IMG/VR virus record: IMGVR_UViG_3300021387_001157
Coordinates: 96,001-160,000 of that record
DNA length: 64,000 nucleotides
DNA from: a virus
Taxonomy: Duplodnaviria > Caudoviricetes
Direction: 5' to 3' (one strand)
Part shown: positions 22,384-34,200 of the stretch, in pieces
Numbering within the stretch: the stretch's first letter is position 1
How the letters are laid out: each line of letters starts with the position of its first letter
Made by a program: the position numbers and the translations under genes
The notes under the pieces: model-generated
What the model saw: only the letters and a program-made list of their open reading frames with translations
What the model was told of the DNA's origin: nothing
Databases searched by the model: none

Positions 22384-23106
22384 TTATTTTTTTGATAGTT
22401 TGCATAAATCCCTTATCACATTGTCCAAATATATACCCCCATCTTCAAAATTAAAGAAAATATCCTTGAACTGATATGATGACAAATCTGCCCAAAATCC
22501 TTCTTTTCCTCCTTTTGTCACATCTATTCCAACTTTTCCTTCAACCTTTTCACGAAAATCAACAATTGTATATTTGTTCTTTGTAGGACACCAAATGAGG
22601 GCGACTGCTTTATATTTATCACCATATTCTTTATATTCGTATCTTCTGAAAAAGAATTTTTTTTCACGTATCGACCTGCCTGCCCAATCGATTTTCAAAT
22701 CAAATCTCATATTTTTTTTATCACGAAGGTTTCTGAAGATAAAGTCTGGCGTGTTCGTTGCAATCTTTTCAATATCCCTTGTCTCGTACTCATTCAAATC
22801 TATTTTAATATAGTCTGAATACTTTTCGTTGAATGGCTTAATGAATAAGTCTTCGGTTACAAAATTACTACAAATGTCACGAGCAGCTTCAAAAGGAGTT
22901 CTATGGTCAGTTCTTATTTTATCAAATTCGAGTATTTTTTTATACTCATCTGGAAATTTCAATTTAAATTCATTCTCATCCAAAGTTAAAATTCCTTTGA
23001 TATATTCTTTATATCCGAACTCATTATATATTTCATTAATGTCCTTACTTGGACATATCTTTTGTAGATAGTCTAAAATTTTCGTGAGATTATTTGTATA
23101 TTTCAT
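22384..23106 (-). CDS. Hypothetical protein, possible PD-(D/E)xK nuclease
   Basis: TPDF...FDLK pattern. Confidence 0.45.
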   Translation of the reverse strand: MKYTNNLTKILDYLQKICPSKDINEIYNEFGYKEYIKGILTLDENEFKLKFPDEYKKILEFDKIRTDHRTPFEAARDICSNFVTEDLFIKPFNEKYSDYIKIDLNEYETRDIEKIATNTPDFIFRNLRDKKNMRFDLKIDWAGRSIREKKFFFRRYEYKEYGDKYKAVALIWCPTKNKYTIVDFREKVEGKVGIDVTKGGKEGFWADLSSYQFKDIFFNFEDGGIYLDNVIRDLCKLSKK

Positions 23107-23110
23107 TATA

Positions 23111-23254
23111 TTAACTTTTTATTTTTCTAAAATAATATGAAAACATACTTTCAATGAATAAAACGGAAACGAGTTCCCAACCATTCTTTCCTAAAAGGTT
23201 AAGTTTGGAACTCGTTATCTCGTTTGATGTGTGTATTATCTTATATTCGTACAT
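23111..23254 (-). CDS. Small DUF4177-like protein (47 aa; missed by the ORF track)
   Basis: MYEYKII...LNLLGKNGWELVSV...YYFRK. Confidence 0.7.
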   Translation of the reverse strand: MYEYKIIHTSNEITSSKLNLLGKNGWELVSVLFIESMFSYYFRKIKS

Positions 23255-24444
23255 TATTTTCCTATTGTAGTTGTTTCGTAAGTTCTATTTAATTGATTAT
23301 TAACTTTATAAAACTCACAGTATTTTGAAATATCTTCTAGTTTTTTTGCACCAATATATGCCATTGCTGAACGAAGACCTCCAAGAAATTCGTTGTTCAT
23401 ATCGTGAACACTTCCGGTATATGGGACAAGTGACACACGTCCTTCAGATGTTGTGTACCAACTTTTTCCGTTTCCAAATTTTTCTTGGGCGAGTTCAGAA
23501 CTCATCCCATAGAACAATTTATATTTCCTTAGAATTTCTTTACGATTTTTCTTCTCATCAAATACCGGTAATGCTTCCGCCTTTTTGGTTGGTTCTGTAA
23601 ATATACCACCTTCTCCAACGTATGTGTAATAATCAGGAGTATAGATATTTGTAAATTCTTTTTCGTAAATGATGTCACCTTCTGCCTCGTCGGTACCGGC
23701 GTAAAGAGACCCAATCATAACAAGGTCGGTACCTGCCCCAAATGCCTTTACAATGTCTCCAGTGCAAGTGATTCCACCATCTGAACAAACCAATCCACCG
23801 ACTTTATGAGCTGCCTTTGCACACTCTATTATTGTCGATAGTTGTGGTCTTCCGACACCGGTCTGTTTTCTAGTCATACATTGACCACCCCCACCGATAC
23901 CAACTTTAACTATGTCTGCTCCGGATTTGATTAATTTTTTGGTCATATCTCCGGTGACGACATTCCCGACCATCAATATACATTCAGGAAATTCCTCTCT
24001 TACTTTTTTTACAAGGTCGACAACATTAGAGATATATCCGTTTGGAACATCAATACAAATAGGTGGAATTTTACCACAATTTCTTTTTTCTATTCCTCTT
24101 ATTTTGTTGATACCATCGTCTCTCAACCCTATCGATAAAAAACATTTATATCTTTTTCTACTCCAGAACAATATATCATTATAAAATTTATAGAGTTCAT
24201 TACTTTCATGATGTTTGTGAAGACATGCAAAAAGATTATCATCAATCATTTTTCTAGCGAGATTGAAATTACCGATAGTACCCATATTTGCATTTATTAT
24301 ACCAACTCCTCTCACAACAGTACCACTCCACTTGAATTTATATTCACGTGTAACATCAACACTCTCTCTTGATGTAATATTTGATGATTTTGGTCTTATT
24401 AAAACATCGTTGAAATCAAGTTCTGTATTTTTCAATATCTTCAT
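23254..24444 (-). CDS. guaC: GMP reductase
   Basis: LDFNDVLIRPK, IDVPNGY, GNVVTG, KVGIGGGGQCMTR, SDGG, FYGMSS, GGLRSAMAYIGA. Confidence 0.9.
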   Translation of the reverse strand: MKILKNTELDFNDVLIRPKSSNITSRESVDVTREYKFKWSGTVVRGVGIINANMGTIGNFNLARKMIDDNLFACLHKHHESNELYKFYNDILFWSRKRYKCFLSIGLRDDGINKIRGIEKRNCGKIPPICIDVPNGYISNVVDLVKKVREEFPECILMVGNVVTGDMTKKLIKSGADIVKVGIGGGGQCMTRKQTGVGRPQLSTIIECAKAAHKVGGLVCSDGGITCTGDIVKAFGAGTDLVMIGSLYAGTDEAEGDIIYEKEFTNIYTPDYYTYVGEGGIFTEPTKKAEALPVFDEKKNRKEILRKYKLFYGMSSELAQEKFGNGKSWYTTSEGRVSLVPYTGSVHDMNNEFLGGLRSAMAYIGAKKLEDISKYCEFYKVNNQLNRTYETTTIGK

Positions 24445-24462
24445 ATATTTAACTTTTTAAAT

Positions 24463-24496
24463 AAAAAGGGTGGGTTTTTGCTCCCACCCTTTTTTT
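24463..24496. terminator. Intrinsic terminator
   Basis: aaaaagggtggg...cccacccttttt. Confidence 0.75.
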
Positions 24497-25505
24497 AATT
24501 TTTGTTTTTGGCACAATAACCAGTTTCCATCACACGTTCCAAAGCCTCACTCTCGGCAATGGTTACTTGATTGAAATGGTCTGCTGAAATCTCGAAGACG
24601 GTGGAAATTGCACAGAAAATACCATGAATTTCTGTCATAATCTTCCAAGCGGTACTCTGTGATTTATACTTTGCCTTGGTCATAGCGACATTATAACCAT
24701 ATTCCTCACTATACGGGTCTCCACCATCACTTCTGTGAAGTGTCTCACCTTTGAATCTTCTTGTCCAACCACCGAGTTTGTAATCATACTTGAAACCATA
24801 TTTTTCAAGAATGTCTCTAATAAACTCTGGAACTTCTTTGAAACCAAGTTCGGAAAGTTCCTTATTCAATCTAGTTTCTTTGAAAATACATGGGATACTT
24901 ACAATCGTTTTTGTATAAGTGATTCCATCGATTTCCTGCTTTACTACCTTTACGCTTTTTTTCTTTTCGTCGTAAGTAAGTTTGATTCTGTTCATTTTTC
25001 TAAATATTTAATTAAACTTTTAATAAAAAACTTCTTGAAGATTATCAACACATACGTCAGTACATATATCATTCACATAAAATGTGACATCTACTCCAAT
25101 TGTATGAGGATATTCACCATCTGCTTCATACTCTCTATATTTAACAATAAAACCACCACATTTTATTGTACATTTTCTATCAATTGCATCATCGATAAGT
25201 TTGAACATACATTTTTTAATCTCATCTTCTGTTGGAATACCAAATTCTGCATCTGCCCAACGCCATCCAACACTTTTCATGTGATTGTGTATTTTTTCGA
25301 GGTCTATTTCTCTAAGACAATTCTCTTTTATTTTTCTTTTAATATCCTTTATGTTTTTAACTTGTGTATTAATTTTTGTTTTACAATAAGGACATTCAAC
25401 AATACCGAAATTAGTATCTGACTTTTCATATGTGAATACACATCCACATTTTTTACAAGTCATTTCAATTGATTTGCTTCCTTCTTTTATTATGTTTATC
25501 GCCAT
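24495..25505 (-). CDS. Two hypothetical proteins (24495-24995; 25020-25505 with a Zn ribbon)
   Basis: CKKC...CPYC in the second. Confidence 0.6.
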
Positions 25506-25610
25506 ATCTAAACTCCATTTATTCTAAATATAACAAATTATTTTCCTATTTGCATCAAAGTACTAATAATTTCTTCATTTATTTCTTCCAATATTTTATT
25601 AGATAATATT

Positions 25611-27320
25611 TTAGTCAAATCTTCCATCTTTTCCATAAAAATAGATAACTGTTGGGAACCTAAGTGATATACCTCCTTGCATATTGTTTGTTTCCTCAAA
25701 ATATTGAACCTTAACAATAGAACCCTTGATTTCTTCTGGATGGTCGTGTAGATATTCTCGTTCCTCTTTCGAAAATCCAGAACCAACTTTGACATTAAAT
25801 CCTTTGTGTTTGATTACAATAGCAGATAGAACCTCTTTTTCTACTTGACGACCTTCTTCTACAAATCTCATATTTCCCATCTCATAGTCAACAACTTCAT
25901 ATTCATTGTCAAAGAAACCTTTTACCTTTAACAAATTATTTGTTCTACCACACTCGTATGGAACATCCTTTCTAATCATCAATCCTTCCCATCCTTTCTC
26001 TCGTGACTTTGCAAATTGTTTCATCAAGTCATCCTTTGATTCAACCTTTGTCTGCTCAACGATATTGAAATTTTTACCAATGATACTACCATTCTCTAAG
26101 AAGAATCTTTTCAACTTTTCATATCTTTCTGTGAATTTTGGACTTATTGTACGGCCGAAGAACTCATCTTCTGTCAAAATGTCAAACACTTTCATAACCG
26201 GATGCTCAATGGTGTAGTTTTTCTTTGTGATTACTTTCATAATCTCTTGGAAATTTTCGTTTCCTTCATCGTCTATGATACACACCTCACCATCAAGAAC
26301 AAAGTCTCCATCTACTTTTCCTATGATATTTCTCAACACATCTAGTGTTTTTATCTCTTTGCCTTGTCTAGAGAAACATCTTACACCAGATTTGTTCTTT
26401 ATTAGAATGAGTCTGTTTCCGTCAAGTTTTCTGCTCCACAACCACACCTCACGTAAAAAGTCAACCTTATCCTCACGGTCAAAGTACTTGTTAGCGAGGG
26501 CGACATACTCTGTGAACGGAAGTTTTACGGGAAACACTTTCGCCATAGTTTTAACATTCACACCACACTTGAAGTCTTTGTCGAGAATCATCTTGAACAT
26601 TTTAACAGATTTTTCACCATAATCTCTATTCAACATATCGACAAATTTCTTTGTTGTTGCCAATGCAGTGTCACCGGTTAGTCTTCTTTCGGATAAATCA
26701 TCAAGAAGTGTCATAAATTCACTATATATGTTTCCGACAGTATCTTTTGAGAAATCGTCAACTTTTTCAGATGTTATTCCAAACGTGATGTCACCATCAT
26801 ATATATAGTTTAAAATCTTATTATAATAAGACATTCCGTCAATATATGCATCACTGTTTTTGAAACGTGTCAAAATATCAATTTTCGACTTTGTTGATGA
26901 TATTGATGAAAGACTCTCATGTAAATCATAAAGTGTTTCAAGAAATAAATTCACATCAACAATTTTATCATGTATTGCATTGATTGAAATTATACTATCT
27001 ATTACAGTGAGTTCCTCACCGGTTTCTTCATTTATTTCTTTGTGACAGTACCCTGTTGGGAAAAATCTGAAATAATTTGGAGATTTTTCAATCATCTGTT
27101 TAAATATAGTACCTTCAATTGGAGTTATGTCCCCAACAATTGTGTTGTCTATATTCTTATAGATTTCGTTAACCCTATATATTGAATCTATCAACCGTAT
27201 TGTTGGTTCTGGATGGTCCATCGTACCAACACAATCTCCCCTTTTAACTCTTTCGACAAATTCCGACATAACTTTATCTGGAATTTTAAAGTTTTTTCCA
27301 AGTTCTATGTTTATTTTCAT
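25611..27320 (-). CDS. lig: ATP-dependent DNA ligase with N-terminal extension
   Basis: KLDGNR, LDGE, VFD, EGLMIR, LLKVK, VGSGF, LRFP. Confidence 0.92.
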   Translation of the reverse strand: MKINIELGKNFKIPDKVMSEFVERVKRGDCVGTMDHPEPTIRLIDSIYRVNEIYKNIDNTIVGDITPIEGTIFKQMIEKSPNYFRFFPTGYCHKEINEETGEELTVIDSIISINAIHDKIVDVNLFLETLYDLHESLSSISSTKSKIDILTRFKNSDAYIDGMSYYNKILNYIYDGDITFGITSEKVDDFSKDTVGNIYSEFMTLLDDLSERRLTGDTALATTKKFVDMLNRDYGEKSVKMFKMILDKDFKCGVNVKTMAKVFPVKLPFTEYVALANKYFDREDKVDFLREVWLWSRKLDGNRLILIKNKSGVRCFSRQGKEIKTLDVLRNIIGKVDGDFVLDGEVCIIDDEGNENFQEIMKVITKKNYTIEHPVMKVFDILTEDEFFGRTISPKFTERYEKLKRFFLENGSIIGKNFNIVEQTKVESKDDLMKQFAKSREKGWEGLMIRKDVPYECGRTNNLLKVKGFFDNEYEVVDYEMGNMRFVEEGRQVEKEVLSAIVIKHKGFNVKVGSGFSKEEREYLHDHPEEIKGSIVKVQYFEETNNMQGGISLRFPTVIYFYGKDGRFD

Positions 27321-28063
27321 TTTTCGTAGTTAAAATCTGTTATGATGAATGGTGAACCATTCGTCTCATATTTTTTATAGTCATCCTCAGTAAAATAATT
27401 ACTTACTGCACAGTCAAGACAGACATACATATCACTATTCAAACCGCTCAATATGCTTTTATCAGTTATATCCATCACTTTATTGAAGTTGTAATACACT
27501 TTTACAGAATCTGGATACCAAAGCAAATCACATCTATTTTCTTTTTTAAGATTTTGATACCATTGATATGTTAAATTATTTGTACCAAAGTTACCATACC
27601 CTTTTCCGAAAACATTATCACCATCTCGTCCATAGAACACACCTGGATGGATACGATTAAATCCAAGAAACTTCTTATAATTTGGTTTATTTTTACAGAA
27701 GTATCCTTCTCCACTCCAACCTTCAACAATATCAATTTCTGGCGGCCAACCGTCCCACCCGCTTAGCCAAATTGCCGGCCACAGATGTACACCGATTGGT
27801 AGCATGTATTTAAACTCAAAGTGTCCGAATCTGAATCTTTCCAAAGTGGATATATATCCACATCCATATGGTTTTGTGTGATTTACCTCTCCGTCGAAAT
27901 ATTTTGCATCATCAACAATACTTAAAATTAAGTTATCGTTATGGTCTTTTTTTACACAATCTTCATTAGAGTACCATAACTGGTTTTTATCTGGATGGGC
28001 GACACCCCAAGGTTGTCCGTTCATCCATCCATAACCTTTCCAATCTAATATTTTTTTTGGCAT
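27317..28063 (-). CDS. Glycoside hydrolase family 16
   Basis: WPAIWL...WPPEIDIVE catalytic motif. Confidence 0.88.
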   Translation of the reverse strand: MPKKILDWKGYGWMNGQPWGVAHPDKNQLWYSNEDCVKKDHNDNLILSIVDDAKYFDGEVNHTKPYGCGYISTLERFRFGHFEFKYMLPIGVHLWPAIWLSGWDGWPPEIDIVEGWSGEGYFCKNKPNYKKFLGFNRIHPGVFYGRDGDNVFGKGYGNFGTNNLTYQWYQNLKKENRCDLLWYPDSVKVYYNFNKVMDITDKSILSGLNSDMYVCLDCAVSNYFTEDDYKKYETNGSPFIITDFNYEK

Positions 28064-28064
28064 A

Positions 28065-29192
28065 TTAAAACAATGATATTTTATATTTTTTATCTATAAA
28101 CATTCTCTTAAAAATAAAATAAAGTACTGATACGACGATACTGTTACCAGCAAGTTTTAGACATTGTGACCTAGGCGTTACTTCCATGATTTTGTCTATG
28201 TCTGATTCATCAACATCCATCAACCTGAAATTTTCTCTAGGTGTAAAATATCTGACTTTTATACAATGGTCTATATTGTCAAGTGTCACTTTGTCATATT
28301 TGTTTTCTATTGGTTCTATAAGAATATTATCCTTCAGTACTGTAGTTACTGTATTTGCACAACAATTCTCACCAATGTCATAATACTTGGAACCACTTCT
28401 GAATTTTGCACCAGTGTCTCCGAAATTATGCCGTCTTAACTTCTCCTCATCCGTCCTTCTCATCTTCAATACTTGTGGATACTTTATTTCCATATTGTTA
28501 AGACGACAACCGACAGGTCTGTTTTCTATGGCATATCTGAACATCTCCACCAATGTTTCTTTTTTAAAATAATCGTCTGCTGAAACGTTTTCCTCAATGA
28601 TGTCAAACACGTGCTTTTTTAGTTCAACACTAGATGGGAACTCAAACCATTCATCACCGAGAATAGACACCATAAAGACACGTTTTCTTGATTGTGGAAC
28701 ACCATAATCCATAGAGTTCAACATTTTGAAAAAATTTTGATACCCATAAGACTCAAGTATCTCACACCATTTGTTAAAATTCTTTTTGTGTTTCTTCGAC
28801 AGAATGTTGTCAACATTCTCCATCAATAGATACTTCGGTCTCTTAATCTCAACGGTTTTTCTACACTCCCATAATAAAGATGAACGAGTTCCAGTACCCT
28901 CTTCTAGTCCTTTCCCAAAACCACCTATTGAAATATCTTGACAAGGAAAACTGTATGTGAATAAGTCAAAGTCTGGAACGTCATTCCAATCTATTTTCGA
29001 AATATCCCCATAGTTTTTATCGACAGAATCTGGAAACAAGGCGTTATGGGCATTTATTGCATATCTATCTATCTCACTCCATCCAACCAAATCATAATCG
29101 AATAAATCGGGGAAGTCTCGCTTCAATCTATCCAAAGCGAGACATTGACTGTCATATCCACTAAATGCAGTAAATACCCTTATTTTATTCAT
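28065..29192 (-). CDS. dcm: DNA (cytosine-5) methyltransferase
   Basis: FSG, SFPCQD, MENV, QSRKRVF, AGNSI. Confidence 0.93.
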   Translation of the reverse strand: MNKIRVFTAFSGYDSQCLALDRLKRDFPDLFDYDLVGWSEIDRYAINAHNALFPDSVDKNYGDISKIDWNDVPDFDLFTYSFPCQDISIGGFGKGLEEGTGTRSSLLWECRKTVEIKRPKYLLMENVDNILSKKHKKNFNKWCEILESYGYQNFFKMLNSMDYGVPQSRKRVFMVSILGDEWFEFPSSVELKKHVFDIIEENVSADDYFKKETLVEMFRYAIENRPVGCRLNNMEIKYPQVLKMRRTDEEKLRRHNFGDTGAKFRSGSKYYDIGENCCANTVTTVLKDNILIEPIENKYDKVTLDNIDHCIKVRYFTPRENFRLMDVDESDIDKIMEVTPRSQCLKLAGNSIVVSVLYFIFKRMFIDKKYKISLF

Positions 29193-29722
29193 TTTCTTTT
29201 ATTCAATTTTTCCAATATGATGTCAAGGATTACCTTATATCCGTCAACATTTCCATTTATAATCATATATGGAATTTCACTTTCATCAAGTGTGTTCTTA
29301 ATCTTATCGTCAATATTCTTTGCCTCGTCCTCAGTCTGGAATCTTCCATTTTGGTCATAAGGAACTGTTCTCCTGAGAAGAATGTTCATATTGTTTTTTT
29401 CATATTTGTTAAACTCTTCAAGAACAGCAGATTTGAACTTGTCTGATTCACTATATGCCATACTGATGGCGATTGGTGAGTCTGTGATAATGACATCAAC
29501 TTTTCCGAAACACCTAGATACCTTAAATGATTGTTTTCCTGTGATGTAGAATTCACATTTGAAAACTTCTCCATTATTCTCCCAAACTTTGTCTTTGGCA
29601 AATTCTGAGACATATTCACAGTCGACACCATTTAGTTTTAATTGTGAAAACAACCACGATGCACCAGTTGATTTACCACAGCCAGGACCAGCGAAAAAAT
29701 TTACAACGATTGTATCTTTCAT
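29189..29722 (-). CDS. NadR/AAA_28-like P-loop kinase
   Basis: GPGCGKS, SEFAK, ITDSP. Confidence 0.75.
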   Translation of the reverse strand: MKDTIVVNFFAGPGCGKSTGASWLFSQLKLNGVDCEYVSEFAKDKVWENNGEVFKCEFYITGKQSFKVSRCFGKVDVIITDSPIAISMAYSESDKFKSAVLEEFNKYEKNNMNILLRRTVPYDQNGRFQTEDEAKNIDDKIKNTLDESEIPYMIINGNVDGYKVILDIILEKLNKRK

Positions 29723-29725
29723 AAA

Positions 29726-30223
29726 TTATAGATTTAATTTTTTACATGCTATTTTTAATTCACTTTCAATCTCATTCACAAAATCGGAATACTTTCTTAT
29801 TTCTTCCAAGTTTTTTCTATCCGGAAGCAATCCAAGTTTAGATAACTGCCTAATCGTTTTGTTACTTTCATCAAATGAACGTAATGTGGAGATTATTCTT
29901 TCAATCTCACCATTTGCATCCAACTCGGCAGCGTGTTTTGTATAATGAGAACATTCCCAGTCGATGACCATTGCATCCCAGTCTGCATGTTTGATTCCAT
30001 GTAGAAATACATATAGAAGATGATGATGACTGTGTTTATTATGGAACATTTGCACTTTGTCATAACTCATAAACAGTCTCAACCAAGGTTTGTACCAATC
30101 ATGAAATAAATATTTGAATTTCCATTGATGACAATTGAGGGCTACCATCTGAAAAGAACACCAATGGGCAAACCAGTATGGAAACGAACTCCTATCCTCT
30201 TTTGTAAAACCGTATTTCTTCAT
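29726..30223 (-). CDS. His-rich HD-like hypothetical protein
   Basis: HDWYK, HNKHSHHH, MVIDW. Confidence 0.5.
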   Translation of the reverse strand: MKKYGFTKEDRSSFPYWFAHWCSFQMVALNCHQWKFKYLFHDWYKPWLRLFMSYDKVQMFHNKHSHHHLLYVFLHGIKHADWDAMVIDWECSHYTKHAAELDANGEIERIISTLRSFDESNKTIRQLSKLGLLPDRKNLEEIRKYSDFVNEIESELKIACKKLNL

Positions 30224-30293
30224 AACATATTAAATATAACAAAAATGGAGAAAGAAGTAAATTCTTTCTCCATTTTTATTTTAGTTATTTTAG

Positions 30294-30371
30294 AGCACAC
30301 GGTTGGATTCGAACCAACGATGATAAATCGGTTTTGCAGACCGACGGTTTCGACCACTCGCCCACGTGTGC
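30294..30371 (-). tRNA. tRNA-Cys(GCA)
   Basis: Cloverleaf, loop CTGCAAA. Confidence 0.88.
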
Positions 30372-30381
30372 ATGTTTTTTG

Positions 30382-30453
30382 TTCACCCATCAGGATTCGA
30401 ACCCGAATCTACTGGTCCGTAGCCAGTCGTTCTATCCATTGAACTATGGATGA
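30382..30453 (-). tRNA. tRNA-Arg(ACG)
   Basis: Cloverleaf, loop CTACGGA. Confidence 0.85.
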
Positions 30454-30459
30454 ATTTTG

Positions 30460-30532
30460 TACCCTAGTTGGGACTCGAACCCAAGTTTCCACCTTGAGAG
30501 GGTGGTGTCCTAACCAATTAGACGACTAGGGT
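30460..30532 (-). tRNA. tRNA-Glu(CTC)
   Basis: Cloverleaf, loop CTCTCAA. Confidence 0.9.
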
Positions 30533-30562
30533 AAGTTTCCCACACGAATGTGGGATTATATA

Positions 30563-31243
30563 TTAGTCTTCAGGTACAATATAACCGAAAACTGGAATTG
30601 TGTCTGTCGTAGTAACAGTGTCTTCAATAATGGTGTCGTTCACATCGAGAGTGTCTACCATAATTGTGTCATTCACATCGAATCCGTCAAACACGGGGTT
30701 TGTGGCACTCACACTACCAGTCATTACATCAACATAGACTTGACACTGCTTATTACCAAAAATGTATTGTGGGTTACAGTCTTTGGGTCCGACCTCCTTA
30801 CGGATGACACAATGTCTGCTGTGTGGCTTTTGGCAGTTTGCCTTATACATCTGTGACAATGCCTTTTCAAGATTAACCTCGAATGGTGAGAATGTGTCCA
30901 TTCTGTTATCACCTACCCATATGCCATACCTTTCTTCGGTGACCATAGTGTCTCTTGTGTGTGCAATAAGAACAACTTTTTCTACGAAATTTGCACTATC
31001 GACAGCGGTAACAATCTTGTAGATGTTAGCCACACTGGCGACTTCGTGTCCGTTGTCTTCGTCAAGAAAATCGACGAAATCAATGCAGCACTCGAGCCAC
31101 TGATAGTCATCATTTGCATAGTTTTCAGCCATATACTTGGCATCTTCCTGGTTGATTTTTTCAACCCACCCGTCCTTGTTACATGATGTTACAAACATTG
31201 TAGCAAGGAGCATAATCACACTTAAAAAAATGTTTTTCTTCAT
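30563..31243 (-). CDS. Lipoprotein, paralog of 48747-49400
   Basis: Lipobox VTSC; WLECCID and KPHSRHCVxRKE are shared. Confidence 0.75.
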   Translation of the reverse strand: MKKNIFLSVIMLLATMFVTSCNKDGWVEKINQEDAKYMAENYANDDYQWLECCIDFVDFLDEDNGHEVASVANIYKIVTAVDSANFVEKVVLIAHTRDTMVTEERYGIWVGDNRMDTFSPFEVNLEKALSQMYKANCQKPHSRHCVIRKEVGPKDCNPQYIFGNKQCQVYVDVMTGSVSATNPVFDGFDVNDTIMVDTLDVNDTIIEDTVTTTDTIPVFGYIVPED

Positions 31244-31276
31244 AGATTTTTTTTGTTAATTTGTTTATGTTATTTA

Positions 31277-34200
31277 TTATATTACTTTGTATCCTTGTTC
31301 TTCTAAAAAACGTATAGCATCTCTCTTTTGCTTTTCAATCATTTGTCTCTTTTGTTTTTCACTTTCCTCTATATGTTTATCGATTAACTTTTTTTGATGC
31401 TCAATTCTTTTTTTACGTTCTTCTTGTGATTCTTTTATTTCTTCTTCTGTTTCAATGTATATTGATGGTACCGTATCTTCATCATCACATAAATCACAAT
31501 TATAATATCCCTCAAATACATTTATGATGAATCTTATATTATTTCTTTCTTTGAATTTATCTCTAGCCTTGACTAGTTTATCGACAAATGCAGAAAAATC
31601 TTTATTTGTCATACGTATTTTGTTTGTTTCACCCAAACAATTGGCGTCACCGAAAACTTCACAAACTTTTTCTTTTTTATATGTAGATACGTTATCTTCT
31701 ATTTTAACACCTTTATATTTCATTTTTAAAAGATACTATTATTTATTCATATTTTTAAAAAAATCACAATTATTTTTTTAAATCAGAAAATGTTATCTTA
31801 TTATTCTTTTTAGAATTTATTATCTTCCAAAACTGATTGAATGATATAGAAAAGTCTTCGTAAAAGATAACAAGGTCATCCGATGTAAATTTTGTTCCAA
31901 TTTTTTCTTTTGAATTTTCACCGTCTGGAAATGTTCCAAAATCAAAATGGTCAAAAATATGTCCTATTTCTTTTATCATCTTTTTTTTAGATATAATTCT
32001 ACTTTTCTCTTTGCTTTCAGTGCTTCAAGTATATCTTCTGGTACTTCCTCTAAATATGCAAAGTAAAAATATTCACTACTATTGGCGGGGTCGTTGGCAT
32101 CTCTGTAAGAATACCAACATTTATATAGTTTGTCATTCTGTATCCTATTTTTTACGGATGGGTCAAAATATCTTACATGTCTGTAATCACCAAGAAAATC
32201 TGGTTCGGTTTCGAAAAGTTGACTACCTTTAAACAAATCTACTCTAAAATCAGATAGTTTACTATGACCCAAGGTCCATTATTTCTTATTTCTTCATCCG
32301 TTGGTTTTCTCTGTATTTGTGACATTTACTAATATCCTTTCCTTAATTTTTTATACTTCTTCTGTTGTTGTTTTATAAAAGTCAGAAATCTCAACTCTCA
32401 AATTTCTATATTTCTCGTCTTGCAATTCATACTCCTCTATATATTTAGAGACAACTTTCTTTATGTCCCTTTTATTACAGTCGAACCTTCTTTCTGAAAA
32501 ATCATCCTCTTCTAACCATTTATTCTCATCCTCATCAAAATACTCATACTTCCAAGAAAAGGAAACAAACCACGAATAGTCTCTTCCAACTTTCATAACT
32601 TTTTATCTTCGTTTAAATATTCCCAACTAATCACTTTGGTATCTATTTGATAACCGGGTGGAATTATAAACATATCTGTGTATGTGTCAAAGTCTATGAG
32701 TGCTTCGACTTCTGTCCATGTTTTTAGTTTTGCACGGACTGTTACGTATCTTTCACCAAACGGAGCTTCCGGTATTCCTGTCATAATAATGTGATTTAGC
32801 CTAATTAATCAAAATTACATACCAATCCATCCAAATTGGTATAATGTTTCAAATCAACTTTTTTATTCTTCATATTTATATCTCTGAAACTTTCTCTATA
32901 TTTTTTATAGAAAGTTTCAAAATCTGTAGAGTCACGATAAGCAATTTCCATTGCTTCTTTTTCAATCTGATTATAGTCTTTTTTTACTTCACAATATCCA
33001 ACCAACTCAAAACTATCATAATAATCATCAGGAATCAATTCGTTTCGAAAAGTACCATAAGAATATAATGTACCGTCAATATAGCATGGGTATACGGTGG
33101 ATTTCTTAAAGAGAGCCTTTTCCATACTCCGGATAAAGTCTGGATTTGCACACCAAATAGTTTCAGATGCTTTATATACACATCCCTTTTTAAATTTTAT
33201 CTCTTTCATATTGGTAAGTCATTTTTAGAATCTTCCATGTGTTTTTTAAAACTTTCTATAAATTCCTTAACCAAATCTCTATCCTCACAATTCATACAAA
33301 GTTTGCTCATTGTATTTCCGTCTAACCAAGACACTGCTTTTTCGACTATCATATCTTTTATTCTTCTAATTAAATGTCGATTATGATAGTTATCTGTTTC
33401 TGTTCCATCCAGTTTTACTGAACCATAAATTTTAGGAGGAAGTGAATTTTCATTTCCCTCAAGATACCTTTTAAAAGAGTCCTTAAAAAAACAATTGCAA
33501 TCATCTTTACAATTGTTATTACACTCACAATCAAGACAATACCATTTCAATGCCTTTTCGATAATGTTTTCCATTATATTATCCCTTTCTTAATTAGATA
33601 TTGTGTAATCGTAAGCATATTGAACATCCCAAGAGATTCATCGGAACAATCATAGGCATATTGTGCAATCTTATAATCGTCAATGTCTCCAGTCAACCAG
33701 TCGTTGACATCATTATATAACTCATTGTTATAGTCTTTATATTCTTCTTTGTATTCAAAATCTTCTTTTTCTAAAATATCGATTCCAAGAAGGGAACTCA
33801 AAATGTATCTACATTCACGAAGAGTCAGTTTTCTTTTCAGAATAAATCCCTTTGGAAAACCATTACTATGCATTTCGAGTTTTACCTTACCTATATTAAG
33901 AAATTTTCTCATCTTATTTTTCTTTATTACCATAAATCACTACTATCTAGTTTGTCTTTCCAATACCAGATTGCACTTTCAATCCTTCGTCAAAACCTTT
34001 ATGTACATCACCGTTTTCGTCGGTTATAACAATTTCATTCTTCTCCATTATCGTTTGGCTCTAAAATATACCATTTATCAGAAAGACTTTTTATATTAAC
34101 AAGTTGTTTCTTATGTTCTTTACCATATTCTATTATTGCACTTGATGTTTGTGTATCTATAATAAAATCAGTAATGGAAGAATATGTCAAATCGAATGGA

